Below, in pieces: positions 8,037 through 17,942 of a stretch of DNA of 46,731 nucleotides (within the stretch, counting starts at the first letter, position 1; each line of letters opens with the position of its first letter). Source of the DNA: Bacteroidia bacterium (GTDB lineage Bacteria > Bacteroidota > Bacteroidia > SXHM01); NCBI GenBank assembly GCA_020054035.1, contig JAGVLY010000086.1, positions 1 to 46,731 of the forward strand, written 5' to 3'. The position numbers and the translations under genes are program-made. The notes beneath the pieces are model-generated. The model was not told where the DNA came from and did not search any database. It saw nothing but the letters and a program-made list of their open reading frames with translations.

Positions 8037-8883
8037 AAGCCGGAAACGTTTGCAAAGCCAGCAGCGAAGCTGCATCAAAAGCCTTTTTATTTATGCCTGT
8101 CTCCATCTTTTTCTCTTCAAAAAAACTCAGCAGATTTTCGGTAGGCATGTTGCCGGTTAATTTATCAGAGGCCATGGGGCAACCGCCAAAACCTTTGATG
8201 GCGCTGTCAAAACTGCGGCAGCCGCTGTTGTAGGCAGCCTCCACTTTTTCTTTCCATTTATCAGGAGTGGTGTGCAGGTGCGCACCAATTTCTAAATCCG
8301 GCAAGGCAGGAATAAGATTAGAAAACATGTAACTGATATTCTCCGGATTAGAGACACCGATGGTATCAGCCAATGAGAAATACTTAATACCTAATTGCGA
8401 AAGCTTTTGTGTCCAGCTGATAGCAATATCGCTGCTCCACTCATCACCGTAAGGGTTTCCGAAGGCCATGGAGATATACACCAACATTTTTTTATTGCGG
8501 TTGATGCAAATAGTTTGCACCTCCTCTACCCTTTTCAGGTTTTCTTCAATAGTAGAATTTCCGTTGCGCTGCTGAAATGTTTCGGAAATAGAAAACGGAA
8601 AACCGAGGTACGTGATTTCATCAAAAGCGGCAGCATCTTCCGCACCGCGCTTGTTAAGAATAATGGAAAGCAGCTTTGATTTTGTGCCTGTCATCTCCAG
8701 TTTACCAACCAATTCAGCCGTATCGCGCATTTGCGGAATGGCTTTGGGCGAAACAAAACTTCCGAAGTCAATGGTATCAAAACCCACTTTCAGCAGGGAG
8801 TTGATGTAAGCCGCTTTTTTTTCGGTGGGTATAAACTCGTGTATGCCTTGCATGGCATCACGCGGGCATTCGGTGATTTTCAT
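8035..8883 (-). CDS. Hydroxymethylglutaryl-CoA lyase
   Basis: ECPRDAMQ (DRE-TIM), SFVSPKAIPQMRD, LADTIG, HLH, GFGGCPMA, GNMPTE. Confidence 0.95.
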   Translation of the reverse strand: MKITECPRDAMQGIHEFIPTEKKAAYINSLLKVGFDTIDFGSFVSPKAIPQMRDTAELVGKLEMTGTKSKLLSIILNKRGAEDAAAFDEITYLGFPFSISETFQQRNGNSTIEENLKRVEEVQTICINRNKKMLVYISMAFGNPYGDEWSSDIAISWTQKLSQLGIKYFSLADTIGVSNPENISYMFSNLIPALPDLEIGAHLHTTPDKWKEKVEAAYNSGCRSFDSAIKGFGGCPMASDKLTGNMPTENLLSFFEEKKMETGINKKAFDAASLLALQTFPA

Positions 8884-8902
8884 AATTGCAAAAATACATT
8901 TT

Positions 8903-8979
8903 ATGCCACAAAGACACTAAGGCACAAAGCGTCACTAAATTTCTTTGTGTTTCTTAGTGGCTTTGTGCCTTAGTGGCAT
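8903..8979. repeat. Intergenic inverted-repeat element built from 8-nt units (CACAAAG/CACTAAG)
   Basis: atgccacaaag-acactaag-gcacaaag-cgtcactaa ... ctttgtgttt-cttagtgg-ctttgtgc-cttagtggcat. Confidence 0.85.
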
Positions 8980-8982
8980 TTA

Positions 8983-9582
8983 TTAAGCAGCAATCCTTTT
9001 TTCTTTAGCCTCGTTCATCATCTCCCTCAGATTAATAATTGCATAACGCATTCGTCCCAGTGCAGTGTTAATATTCACATTGGTCATTTCAGCAATTTCC
9101 TTGAAACTCATTTTGCCGTAGTGACGCATCAACACCACCTCTTTCTGTTCATCCTCAAGCCTGTCTATCATCGTACGGATTTCGTGTTCCATCTCACCAT
9201 CCATAATTTTTTCTTCCGCATTTTTTTCATCGTTTATCAGCAATCTGAAAACATCTACACTCTCCTCATCTTCATCAGCAGCATTATCCACAAACTGCAT
9301 TTTTTTGCCGTTACGAAAAAAATCCATGACCATGTTATGCGCAATACGCATAACCCAAGGAAGAAATTTACCTTCCTCTTTGTAGCTGCCTTTGTTCATG
9401 GTGTTAATCACTTTCAGAAAAACATCCTGGAAAATATCTTCAGCCACATTGCGCTGCTTAACTGTAAGCACTATGTAGGTGAAAATTTTGTTTTTGTGGC
9501 GTTTGAGCAGTTGCTCAAAGCAATTGTCGTTACCGTTAAGGTATCCGTTAATCAATTGCTCATCGGTTTGGTTGGATTGCAT
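8983..9582 (-). CDS. ECF sigma-70 factor
   Basis: Region 2 AEDIFQDVFLKV...FLPWVMRIAHN; region 4 MSFKEIAEMTNVNINTALGRMRYA. Confidence 0.95.
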   Translation of the reverse strand: MQSNQTDEQLINGYLNGNDNCFEQLLKRHKNKIFTYIVLTVKQRNVAEDIFQDVFLKVINTMNKGSYKEEGKFLPWVMRIAHNMVMDFFRNGKKMQFVDNAADEDEESVDVFRLLINDEKNAEEKIMDGEMEHEIRTMIDRLEDEQKEVVLMRHYGKMSFKEIAEMTNVNINTALGRMRYAIINLREMMNEAKEKRIAA

Positions 9583-9737
9583 AGTTCCTCCTTTTTTAGA
9601 ATTGTGTTAGAATTAAAAAGAGTAGAGGTTTGAACTATGGCAACAACGTATTTGGGTGAAGTAGAATTCGCTTATTTAAAAAGTAAACGTATAACCCAAA
9701 TTGTTTTCAGTTGTTTGATATGATGGGGACAAATGTA
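9580..9737 (-). promoter_or_regulatory. -7 box TACATTTG (9730-9737) and structured ~140-nt 5' leader with AAGGAGG SD
   Basis: Inverted pairs at 9580-9587/9632-9639 and 9650-9657/9694-9701; SD at 9587-9593. Confidence 0.55.
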
Positions 9738-9831
9738 AAACAAAATTTTATTCAAAATCAACAGACAGAATAAAATTCTTTAAAAATAGATTATTCACAC
9801 AGAAAACAGATGATTATTCTGTCGACACAAT

Positions 9832-11703
9832 CTACCATTTCATCAGCTTGTAGCTGCTGCTGAAGTTTTGGGTTGTTACATTCGTCAAATAAATTCCTGA
9901 AGAAAGGTTTTTAGGCGAGATCTTATACTCCAGAGAACCTGAAAATGATTCAGAAAAGATAATTCTTCCGGTTACATCAATCAATTCTGCTATTCCTGTT
10001 TGCGGAGAATTAAATCTCAATTCGGCACTACTGGAACCCTCTGCAAATCCAATACTGTTTATAAGCCTTACATCAGTATTGCCGGTATTATTTTCATGTA
10101 TTCCAATGCCGCAACCGCTAAAACCACGCTGATCAAGAAAATAAGATACTGTATAAACGTGCTGGGCGCTATTAAATGACTGGGCGCTTTGCAGAAGCAA
10201 ACAGGCTGCATCGTTCATAGTGATATTAGTTGCCAGATTATACATCGCTTCAATTAATATTTCATCGGCTGCCTCTCTTCCTATAGCATCCATAATTTGC
10301 ATCATGGTTGATGACCAAATCTCGGCATCTTTGTATAAATTGCTTTGTAAATCTTCGGGATAATGCTTGCTGCTTTCAACTACGCGACCATTCCAGAATT
10401 CATTGTGTCCGTCCCACGAAAAAATTTTCTCCCAGTTAAATGAGTTAATGGATTTAGAATACGAAGCTGCAAAATAATCTCCTATGGCTTCATCCAGTGC
10501 AGTTCGCTCTATGCCTTGATTAGTGCTCGGTGCAGCGGAATAAGAAATTGCATGGCCATATTCATGAATGATCACATCTGCATCTTCGGCATCATCTACT
10601 CCACCTTCACCAAAAGTTAAACGGGGACTGGGAGTTGATGAAAAGTTTGAATTATCAGCCCCGCCCATTCCATGTGCATCAACCAATATAGGGTAATCTA
10701 CAATATTATTAAACCCTAATGATTGAATATAATCATGATAAACATTAATATGGTAAAAAGCATTTACATCTTCAAAACCATCTTGTGAGCGCGTAAATTG
10801 AAAATCAGGGGTAAGACTTGTAACGGGAACAATATCAGGAATTGAATGATTATTAATCAAACAATACAGGCTTTCCAATTTAAACGTATCGTTTTCAAAC
10901 GCAACATCAATAGTAACCTGCTGGCGCTGCATATTCAACTGTGAAATATCTGCATCCGAAGCATCTTCATAAGGCGTTCCGTAAGTAACACCTGCTGTGG
11001 TAAGCGGATCGGGGTTAAACACTCTTGCAAGTGCAGGAGTATCTACATCATGAACTCTATTATTATTGAAATAATTATTCATGTCGCGTTCGTAAACAAT
11101 CATCTGTTCATCATTAATAACCAACTCAAAGAAATTACCTTTTTTATCCCACAGTTCAATACGTGAAGCTGGTATAAGTCTTGGTCCAAGATCAAAATAT
11201 AAATCCTCTATAAAGATCTTAACAATGTCGTTTTCTTCCTGATAAATTGATTTAATAATATCATAACAATCATCTGTATCCGGAAATTTTCCTGCCGGTG
11301 TTTCCACAATATGATAGGTATTATCAAACAGCGAAATAATGTTTCCGCTTTTATCTAAATTAATTTTTACTGTGCCGCGGTATATAGGTTTTCCTTGATA
11401 ATTCTGGCGATACAAATAATGAAAACCTGTTTTACTTTGTTTCCCTTCAAGGTATTCAACAGAAAAATCAGCGCCTCTTAAATTAGGAATAGCTGAAAGC
11501 AAATATTCTTTGACAAAAGCAGTATCAGTATTTTCAATTTTGCCGGAATTAAAAGAGGAAACAGCTTTACGCACATCAACCGGATGCGGTAATCGGCTTC
11601 CCATTCCGTCATTTATTTTTTGCCCGAAACTGAGAATCGGAAAAATTAGAACAATAAAAGCTATTAAGGCTGATACGAATTTACGATCGTTACTTTTTTG
11701 CAC
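9832..11703 (-). CDS. Secreted zinc metallopeptidase (M36/M4-like) with FTP-like propeptide and T9SS C-terminal domain
   Basis: Signal peptide; HYLYRQNYQGKPIY propeptide; DADVIIHEYGH...ALDEAIGD; CTD ...LSSGIYLTNV...YKLMKW. Confidence 0.85.
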   Translation of the reverse strand: MQKSNDRKFVSALIAFIVLIFPILSFGQKINDGMGSRLPHPVDVRKAVSSFNSGKIENTDTAFVKEYLLSAIPNLRGADFSVEYLEGKQSKTGFHYLYRQNYQGKPIYRGTVKINLDKSGNIISLFDNTYHIVETPAGKFPDTDDCYDIIKSIYQEENDIVKIFIEDLYFDLGPRLIPASRIELWDKKGNFFELVINDEQMIVYERDMNNYFNNNRVHDVDTPALARVFNPDPLTTAGVTYGTPYEDASDADISQLNMQRQQVTIDVAFENDTFKLESLYCLINNHSIPDIVPVTSLTPDFQFTRSQDGFEDVNAFYHINVYHDYIQSLGFNNIVDYPILVDAHGMGGADNSNFSSTPSPRLTFGEGGVDDAEDADVIIHEYGHAISYSAAPSTNQGIERTALDEAIGDYFAASYSKSINSFNWEKIFSWDGHNEFWNGRVVESSKHYPEDLQSNLYKDAEIWSSTMMQIMDAIGREAADEILIEAMYNLATNITMNDAACLLLQSAQSFNSAQHVYTVSYFLDQRGFSGCGIGIHENNTGNTDVRLINSIGFAEGSSSAELRFNSPQTGIAELIDVTGRIIFSESFSGSLEYKISPKNLSSGIYLTNVTTQNFSSSYKLMKW

Positions 11704-11715
11704 AAAAATGTTTTA

Positions 11716-13185
11716 TTATGGTTTTATTCCGCGAGTTCCATCTAACCAACCCTGCCAGTATTCAAATGCTTTCATAGGAACATCTAACTTGTTATCGTCA
11801 ATCATCTTTTGCACCTCATTACGGTTTTGCCTTTTCAATGTTACCTTATCAAGATTAGCAAAATGCAACATGGTAGCTGCTGCAATGGCAGAATTTATCT
11901 TCAGATTTTGCAGATTTACTTTGTCGTAGGTATCACTTTCGCAATGGTAATCTGAACAATAATTTGCGCCTTCCTGCATACCCACAAGATTGGGAACACC
12001 CTGCATCATAAAATCATAATTATCTGTGCCGACAATCGGAACATCTGCATTTTCAAAAGGACCAAGTGATGCAACACTTACCAATGCTTTTTTTGTTTCT
12101 GCATCCAACTCGGGACGGTTTCCTGTAAAGAAACCCGTAATTTTTCCGCTACCGATATCAATAGAAGCAATTACAATGTGTTTATTTAATTCCTTTTCAT
12201 GTTGCTGTGTATAAGCATAGGAACCACAAATACACTGCTCTTCGCCATTCCATAGTGCAAAGCGAATAGTACGCTTAGGTTTTATTCCAAGTAGGGTCAT
12301 TTGGCGGGCAATATCTATTACTAAAGAAACATTACAGCCATTGTCATTTGCTCCGGTTCCCATTCCCCAGGAGTCAAGGTGGGCACCAATCAACACAACT
12401 TCATCAGGCTTTTCACTGCCTTTTATTTCACCGATAACATTGTAAGAAGTGTATGAACCTCCTGTGGTCAATTCAATATTCAGATTGATATTCAACTTCC
12501 CACCTTTTTCAAGAATTCTTATACAGCGCGAGGCATCATCACGTGCCATTACAACAAGCGGAAGTGTATTATTATATCCGCGCGAAGCAAGATGACGAAA
12601 CAATAATTTTTTAGGGCGCGATGACATATAAACAACGCCTTTAACCTGTGCAGCCATTGCCCGTCCTTCTATTTCATGTGCATCATTATATTCTTTAAAT
12701 AGCCCACCCAGTTCGGTAAGTTCATCTGTTGTAACCAACACAAATTTGTCATTTACGTTATCTCCTGCTTTTTTAAAATCATCTTCTGTGCCGTAACCAA
12801 CTGAAACTAATTCAGCTTCCAAACCACTTGCATCTGTACCAATGGAAAAAGCCCGCGAAACTACACGCGGAGAAAAATTTGAAGCACCGGTAATTTTAGC
12901 GGTGCAACTTTTCTCATCCCAAAGCGAAGGCATTTGAAAGGCTTCTTTCTTTACCTCTACTCCTGCTTCTTTAAATTTCTTAATGCCCCACTCTATTGCT
13001 TTGGTGTTAGCTTCCGTTCCGGTTACGCGACCTCCAATTTTATCACAGAGCTCATGTAAATCATCCTGAATTTGAGTATGCCCCAACATTGCAGCAACAA
13101 GCCTTTCTGTTTCGCTGTTCTGAGCGTTTAAAATAATTGCGGGGAATAAAATAAGCGATAAAAAAAATGAAACGTGCTTTAGCAT
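11716..13185 (-). CDS. M28 family peptidase (carboxypeptidase Q-like) with PA domain
   Basis: IGAHLDSW, GANDNG, NGEEQ, GTDNYDF, YHCESD; signal peptide. Confidence 0.9.
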   Translation of the reverse strand: MLKHVSFFLSLILFPAIILNAQNSETERLVAAMLGHTQIQDDLHELCDKIGGRVTGTEANTKAIEWGIKKFKEAGVEVKKEAFQMPSLWDEKSCTAKITGASNFSPRVVSRAFSIGTDASGLEAELVSVGYGTEDDFKKAGDNVNDKFVLVTTDELTELGGLFKEYNDAHEIEGRAMAAQVKGVVYMSSRPKKLLFRHLASRGYNNTLPLVVMARDDASRCIRILEKGGKLNINLNIELTTGGSYTSYNVIGEIKGSEKPDEVVLIGAHLDSWGMGTGANDNGCNVSLVIDIARQMTLLGIKPKRTIRFALWNGEEQCICGSYAYTQQHEKELNKHIVIASIDIGSGKITGFFTGNRPELDAETKKALVSVASLGPFENADVPIVGTDNYDFMMQGVPNLVGMQEGANYCSDYHCESDTYDKVNLQNLKINSAIAAATMLHFANLDKVTLKRQNRNEVQKMIDDNKLDVPMKAFEYWQGWLDGTRGIKP

Positions 13186-14423
13186 TAGCGTTTTACAAGC
13201 ACTAAAATTTTATCATCCAACTGCACGATAGAATAATTGATTTTTTTTCTGCCGGCACTGGTTTCCATGTATACTTCAGCAGTTTTCTTACCATCATTCC
13301 ATTTACCTGAATGACAAATTTTATAGACCGATGAGTTTTTAGCTACAAGATCTTCGTCATATCCGTTATACATTTTAACAACGTAATTATAGCATAGCGA
13401 AAAATCGCCTTCTTCACCAAATTGTAGACTTGGAAAATCCTTGTATGCTGACAGGAATGTTGCTACGAATTTCAATGTATCAGTAGAACTAATGTTTGAT
13501 GAAGTTACATCACGATTCTCGAGATAATATTTTTTATTTACGTAACGCACATTCTTTTCTTCAGTTACTTTCTTTTGTTCAACCTCAACTACACCCGCAG
13601 CTTCTTTCTTCTCTGCTTTAACTGGCTGAACTAATTTCGCCTCAGCAACATTCTTTTTTTCAACTTCCACCACTGCAGCTTTAACTACTGCTTTTTCAGT
13701 TTTCACCGGCTGATTTACCTTTTCAGCTACTACATTCTTTTTTTCAGGCTCTTCTACAGTGTTCTGAGTTTTAGTTTCGGGTACTGTTTTAGCTACTGTT
13801 TCATTAGTAGTGCCTTTTATTTTTTTGCGAGCTTCCTCTTTCAAACGTTCAATCTCTGATTGGTCAGCTACATTCTGCTTAGGTGCTTCTTTTACAGGTT
13901 CTGTTTTAGTTACCACTGGTGGATTAACCTGAACCTGTTTTTGCTGAACTTCGGTTGCAATTACTTTTTCCTGCTTAGGTATTTCAGTCGGCTTTTGTTC
14001 TGTAACTAATTTAACCGGCTCTTTTTTCTCTGCAACAACCGGAGCCTTTTCGATCACCTTCTGTTCTGCTTTTTGCTCAACGGGCTTTACCACAACTACA
14101 TTTTCAGTTGCTTTTACAACCGTTTTTTCCTGAACAGATGTTGCCACCGCTTTCTCCTGCATCTTCTCACTTTCCGGTTGTTTATAATTGGTGGCAGTTG
14201 CTCCTGTGTTGCTAACCTTAGGCTGATCTTTCACCATTTCTTTGATAATGTCATCAACCTTATAAACAATGGTATCGCCCTTAGATGTTATGAAAATATT
14301 TTTCTTGCCCATGGCAATTTTTTCAAGATTTCCATTAACGAAAATTTCAAACTCCTGATTGGTTTGGGCGGAAACAGAATAACAGAATAACAGAACAAAT
14401 ATGGTAGTGGCGAATCTTAACAT
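13185..14423 (-). CDS. Secreted hypothetical protein with a long K/E/V/P-rich low-complexity linker
   Basis: Signal peptide ending VSAQ; ~230-aa charged linker; small beta-rich C-terminal domain; stop overlaps the next start (TAATG). Confidence 0.75.
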   Translation of the reverse strand: MLRFATTIFVLLFCYSVSAQTNQEFEIFVNGNLEKIAMGKKNIFITSKGDTIVYKVDDIIKEMVKDQPKVSNTGATATNYKQPESEKMQEKAVATSVQEKTVVKATENVVVVKPVEQKAEQKVIEKAPVVAEKKEPVKLVTEQKPTEIPKQEKVIATEVQQKQVQVNPPVVTKTEPVKEAPKQNVADQSEIERLKEEARKKIKGTTNETVAKTVPETKTQNTVEEPEKKNVVAEKVNQPVKTEKAVVKAAVVEVEKKNVAEAKLVQPVKAEKKEAAGVVEVEQKKVTEEKNVRYVNKKYYLENRDVTSSNISSTDTLKFVATFLSAYKDFPSLQFGEEGDFSLCYNYVVKMYNGYDEDLVAKNSSVYKICHSGKWNDGKKTAEVYMETSAGRKKINYSIVQLDDKILVLVKR

Positions 14424-14502
14424 TGCGATAGCTTTTACTTCAAAAAATACACAGCAAGTTTAGGAAAATATCTTTTAATCTGTTTTGTTTAAGTCAAATT
14501 AA

Positions 14503-14510
14503 TACTTTTG
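14503..14510 (+). promoter_or_regulatory. -7 promoter box TACTTTTG upstream of the riboswitch
   Basis: TAnnTTTG match with an upstream TTTG near 14483. Confidence 0.6.
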
Positions 14511-14520
14511 CCCCCAAGCG

Positions 14521-14711
14521 ATGGTTCTATGTGAAGATGTCAAATTCACAGGATTAAAATGGGAATCAGGTGTAAATCCTGAACAGTTCCCGCTGCTGTA
14601 AGTAGCTTCACCCTTTTCGGGTGAAGAAAATTTTTCGGAAATCTTTGCCACTGTTTTGCCTTAGGCGAGACGGGAAGGCTCCGAAAAAGAACGAGTCAGA
14701 AGACCTGCCAT
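14521..14711 (+). ncRNA. Cobalamin riboswitch
   Basis: TAAAATGGGAATCAGGTGTAAATCCTGAACAGTTCCCGCTGCTGTAA, GCCACTG, GGGAAGG and B12-box GAGTCAGAAGACCTGCC, upstream of a BtuB-like gene. Confidence 0.95.
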
Positions 14712-14779
14712 AGCCCGACAAAGGTTCACTACTTTCGGGTAAAGAGTAGTGAGCGGACTGAGTAAAATCAGTTTATCGT

Positions 14780-16735
14780 TTGTTTCAATTATTGATTCGC
14801 TTCTGCGTGTTTTATAGCAGAATTATTTTTTCAGTTGTATTGTGCATATTCTGCATCTGTCAGGCTTTTGCCCAAAAACTAAATCCCGACTCGGTTTATA
14901 AATTGCCTGAAGCAAAAGTGAATGAAAGCAGATTGAGTGATTTTAGCACCGGCTTAAGTGTTATTAAAATTGACCGCAAGAAAATTGAAGCCAGTCATTT
15001 GCTGAATTTGGCAGAAATCATCTCAGAAAACAGCGCGGTATTTTTAAAAACATACGGACAAGGAAGTCTTGCCACTATTAGTATTCGCGGTACAGGACCT
15101 GCTCATACAGGTTTGTTTTGGAATGGAATTAATATCAATCCGCCCAACTTAGGGCTTTCGGATTTTGCGCTTATTCCTTCTGCACTTATCAATAATGCTG
15201 AAATACAATCGGGCAGTTCTGCATCACTTTACGGAAGTGGTGTAATTGGCGGTGCTATTCATCTTAATTCACAACCTGATTTCAAGAAATCCATGAATGT
15301 TTCTGTTTCAGGATTAGCGGGAAGTTTTGGATTATATGAAGGTTCAGGCTCTGGCGTTTTCGCCAATAAAAAGTGGTATTCGCGGGTGGCCGGTTATTAC
15401 CGCGAATGCGAAAATAATTTCCCGTACAACAACACTGCAAAATTCGGAAACCCAAAAGAAAAGCTGGCCAGTGCTGACTATTTCAGCTATGGCGGAACAG
15501 CAGAAGTTCATCGTCTTTTAAAACGTAATTACATTGTTTCACTTCATGCATGGCACACTTATACACACCGCAACCTGCCGCCTTCCATGACCAGTAGCGA
15601 TAATGGCGAACAACAAAGCGACAGTTCGTTCCGCTTTTTGATGGAAGCCAAAAAACTCTTTACAAAATCAACACTAAAAACAAAAGTTGCTTGGCTAAAT
15701 GAATACCTGCGTTATGATAATGATACAGCTAAAGTTCACGAAAAAGTAAACACACAAGGCATTATCAACGAAGCAGAATTTGCAACGCAGGTATTCAAAA
15801 AAGCAAAACTGAACATCGGAATTAACTACACCTATTACTATGCCGACATTCTTCAATACAGCACCGCTAAAACGCGAAATCAGGCGGCAGCTTTCCTCTC
15901 GTTCCTCTACCCTTTTACCAAACTAAACTGGAAGGCAACCATTAATCTGAGGCAAGAAATAGTGGAAGGCTATACTGTTCCTTTTACACCTTCATTAGGA
16001 ATGGAAGGCAAAATATGGAAATCAATTTCGGCAAAGGCTAATTTTTCACGCAGCTATCGGGTTCCAACCATGAACGACCGCTTTTGGGTTCCGGGCGGAA
16101 ACCCTGACCTGAAGCCGGAAAGCGGCTGGAATGCAGAAGCAGGCATTTTTACTTCATTCAACGATTCCTCAAAATCAGTTACTCCAATTTTTTCAGCAAC
16201 GGTTTTCAGTTCATTAATTGACAACTGGATTTTATGGCAACCCTTACCAACTAATACCAACATCTGGACACCCGTAAACCTGCAAAAAGTATGGGCACGC
16301 GGATTTGAAAGCAACGCAGGTTTAAGGTTTAAGCAACGCACTATTGAAACAGGTATTAATGCATTTTATTCATACACAGTTTCAACTATTGTTGAAACTG
16401 TGTATGCATTGCAAGCCAGCATTGACAAACAATTAATTTATGTGCCGCAACACAACCTTAATGCTTCGGTTAATTTTAAATGGAAAAGCATTTTCTTTTC
16501 CTATACACAAACCTATACGGGCAAACGTTTTACTACATCAGACAATGCGGCCTTTCTGCCCGGCTTCACTATAGGAAATGCAGTGCTGAACTATGATTTA
16601 AAACTGAATAAAATTGGAATTGGTGTTGGATTTCGGGTAAATAATATCTGGAATACTACCTACCAAACACTTGCCTACCGAGCCATGCCGGGAAGGAATT
16701 TTACGATCTCACTGAATTTTAAATTTTCTAAATAA
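14780..16735 (+). CDS. btuB: TonB-dependent cobalamin receptor (start codon uncertain: TTG 14780 or GTG 14807)
   Basis: Plug LATISIRGTGPAHT...WNG, SASLYGSGVIGGAI; GNPDLKPE; C-terminal MPGRNFTISLNFKF; riboswitch context. Confidence 0.88.
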   Translation: MFQLLIRFCVFYSRIIFSVVLCIFCICQAFAQKLNPDSVYKLPEAKVNESRLSDFSTGLSVIKIDRKKIEASHLLNLAEIISENSAVFLKTYGQGSLATISIRGTGPAHTGLFWNGININPPNLGLSDFALIPSALINNAEIQSGSSASLYGSGVIGGAIHLNSQPDFKKSMNVSVSGLAGSFGLYEGSGSGVFANKKWYSRVAGYYRECENNFPYNNTAKFGNPKEKLASADYFSYGGTAEVHRLLKRNYIVSLHAWHTYTHRNLPPSMTSSDNGEQQSDSSFRFLMEAKKLFTKSTLKTKVAWLNEYLRYDNDTAKVHEKVNTQGIINEAEFATQVFKKAKLNIGINYTYYYADILQYSTAKTRNQAAAFLSFLYPFTKLNWKATINLRQEIVEGYTVPFTPSLGMEGKIWKSISAKANFSRSYRVPTMNDRFWVPGGNPDLKPESGWNAEAGIFTSFNDSSKSVTPIFSATVFSSLIDNWILWQPLPTNTNIWTPVNLQKVWARGFESNAGLRFKQRTIETGINAFYSYTVSTIVETVYALQASIDKQLIYVPQHNLNASVNFKWKSIFFSYTQTYTGKRFTTSDNAAFLPGFTIGNAVLNYDLKLNKIGIGVGFRVNNIWNTTYQTLAYRAMPGRNFTISLNFKFSK

Positions 16736-16814
16736 CAACTAATACTAACAATCAACTAGCGAAGCGATTTCTTTAATACCAATAAAAAACAAATAATAAC
16801 CATAAAAAAAAACC

Positions 16815-17858
16815 ATGAACAAAAAACTAATCTTACCATTTTTATTAATCGCTGCACTAAGTAGCTGCAAACCCGATGACGACAACAACACCCAAGGTGC
16901 TTACGAAACAGGCGTATTTATTACCAACGAAGGCCCTTTTGGAAGCGGAACAGGAACCGTTAGTTTCTACAACCGCACATCGGGCGAACTGAGTAACAAC
17001 ATTTTTGAAGTAGCAAACAACCGTCCGCTTGGTAATATTGTACACTCTATTGAGGTGCATAATGACAAGGCATACATTGTAGTAAACAACGCTGCAAAAG
17101 TAGAAGTAGTAAATGTTGCTGATTTTGTTTCTACAGGTGTAATTGAAAGCCTTGGAACTCCACGCTATTTTCTGGGTATTGACGAAAACACCGGCTACAT
17201 CAGCGATTGGTCTTCGGGAATAAAAGTAATTGACCTTGACAATAACACCATATCCACTACCATTGCCACAGGCGGACAAGGACCGGAACAAATGAAACTG
17301 ATAGGAAGCGAAGTATTTGTTGCCAACTCGGGTGGTTATGACAAAGACAGTACTGTTGCGGTTATCAACACTACAACGAATGCTGTTTCCGCAACGTTTA
17401 CACCCGGACATAACCCGAAAGCACTGGCACTGGATGCCAACGGTAAGCTGTGGATATTGTGTAACGGAATTTTAGACTGGGTAAATTCGGCAAACGATAC
17501 GCCCGGTAAATTAGTGCGTGTAAACCCTGCCACTAAAGCCATTGAACTTACCTTAACATTTGGCTCTGCCTCTGACCATCCGGCAGGATTGGTTACCAAC
17601 GAAGCAAAAACAAAATTGTATTACACCCTTAACGGAGGTGTGTATGAAGTGGGTATCAACGCAACAGCATTGCCGTCTTCGGCTTTAATTAACCGTAGCT
17701 TTTACAACATTGGTATTGACCCCGAAACAGATCACCTCTTCGGAACAGATGCAAAGGACTTTGTACAGAACGGTTATGTTTTCCGCTACTCGTTAAGCGG
17801 CAGCCTGGTTGATTCATTTCAGGTGGGAATTATACCCGGGAATTTTTCTTTCAATTAA
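16815..17858 (+). CDS. btuG: Surface lipoprotein beta-propeller, BtuG/YncE-like
   Basis: Lipobox LSSC followed by KPDDDN; VFITNEGPF, AYIVVNN, C-terminal VGIIPG; directly after btuB. Confidence 0.85.
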   Translation: MNKKLILPFLLIAALSSCKPDDDNNTQGAYETGVFITNEGPFGSGTGTVSFYNRTSGELSNNIFEVANNRPLGNIVHSIEVHNDKAYIVVNNAAKVEVVNVADFVSTGVIESLGTPRYFLGIDENTGYISDWSSGIKVIDLDNNTISTTIATGGQGPEQMKLIGSEVFVANSGGYDKDSTVAVINTTTNAVSATFTPGHNPKALALDANGKLWILCNGILDWVNSANDTPGKLVRVNPATKAIELTLTFGSASDHPAGLVTNEAKTKLYYTLNGGVYEVGINATALPSSALINRSFYNIGIDPETDHLFGTDAKDFVQNGYVFRYSLSGSLVDSFQVGIIPGNFSFN

Positions 17859-17877
17859 AAATATCTGAAACAAAGTA

Positions 17878-17916
17878 AGAAGCGGAAATACTTTGCAGTA
17901 TTTCCGCTTCTCTTTA
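17878..17916 (+). terminator. Probable intrinsic terminator after btuG
   Basis: 15-bp stem agaagcggaaatact-ttgc-agtatttccgcttct followed by cttta. Confidence 0.7.
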
Positions 17917-17942
17917 TATATTCGCCAATAAACTATTTTAAC

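Noticed and set aside
16052-16061. Half match AGCTATCGGG to the 18-bp palindrome (also near 4694)
   Set aside because: Only one arm; the btuB case is the ordinary SYR.P barrel motif.
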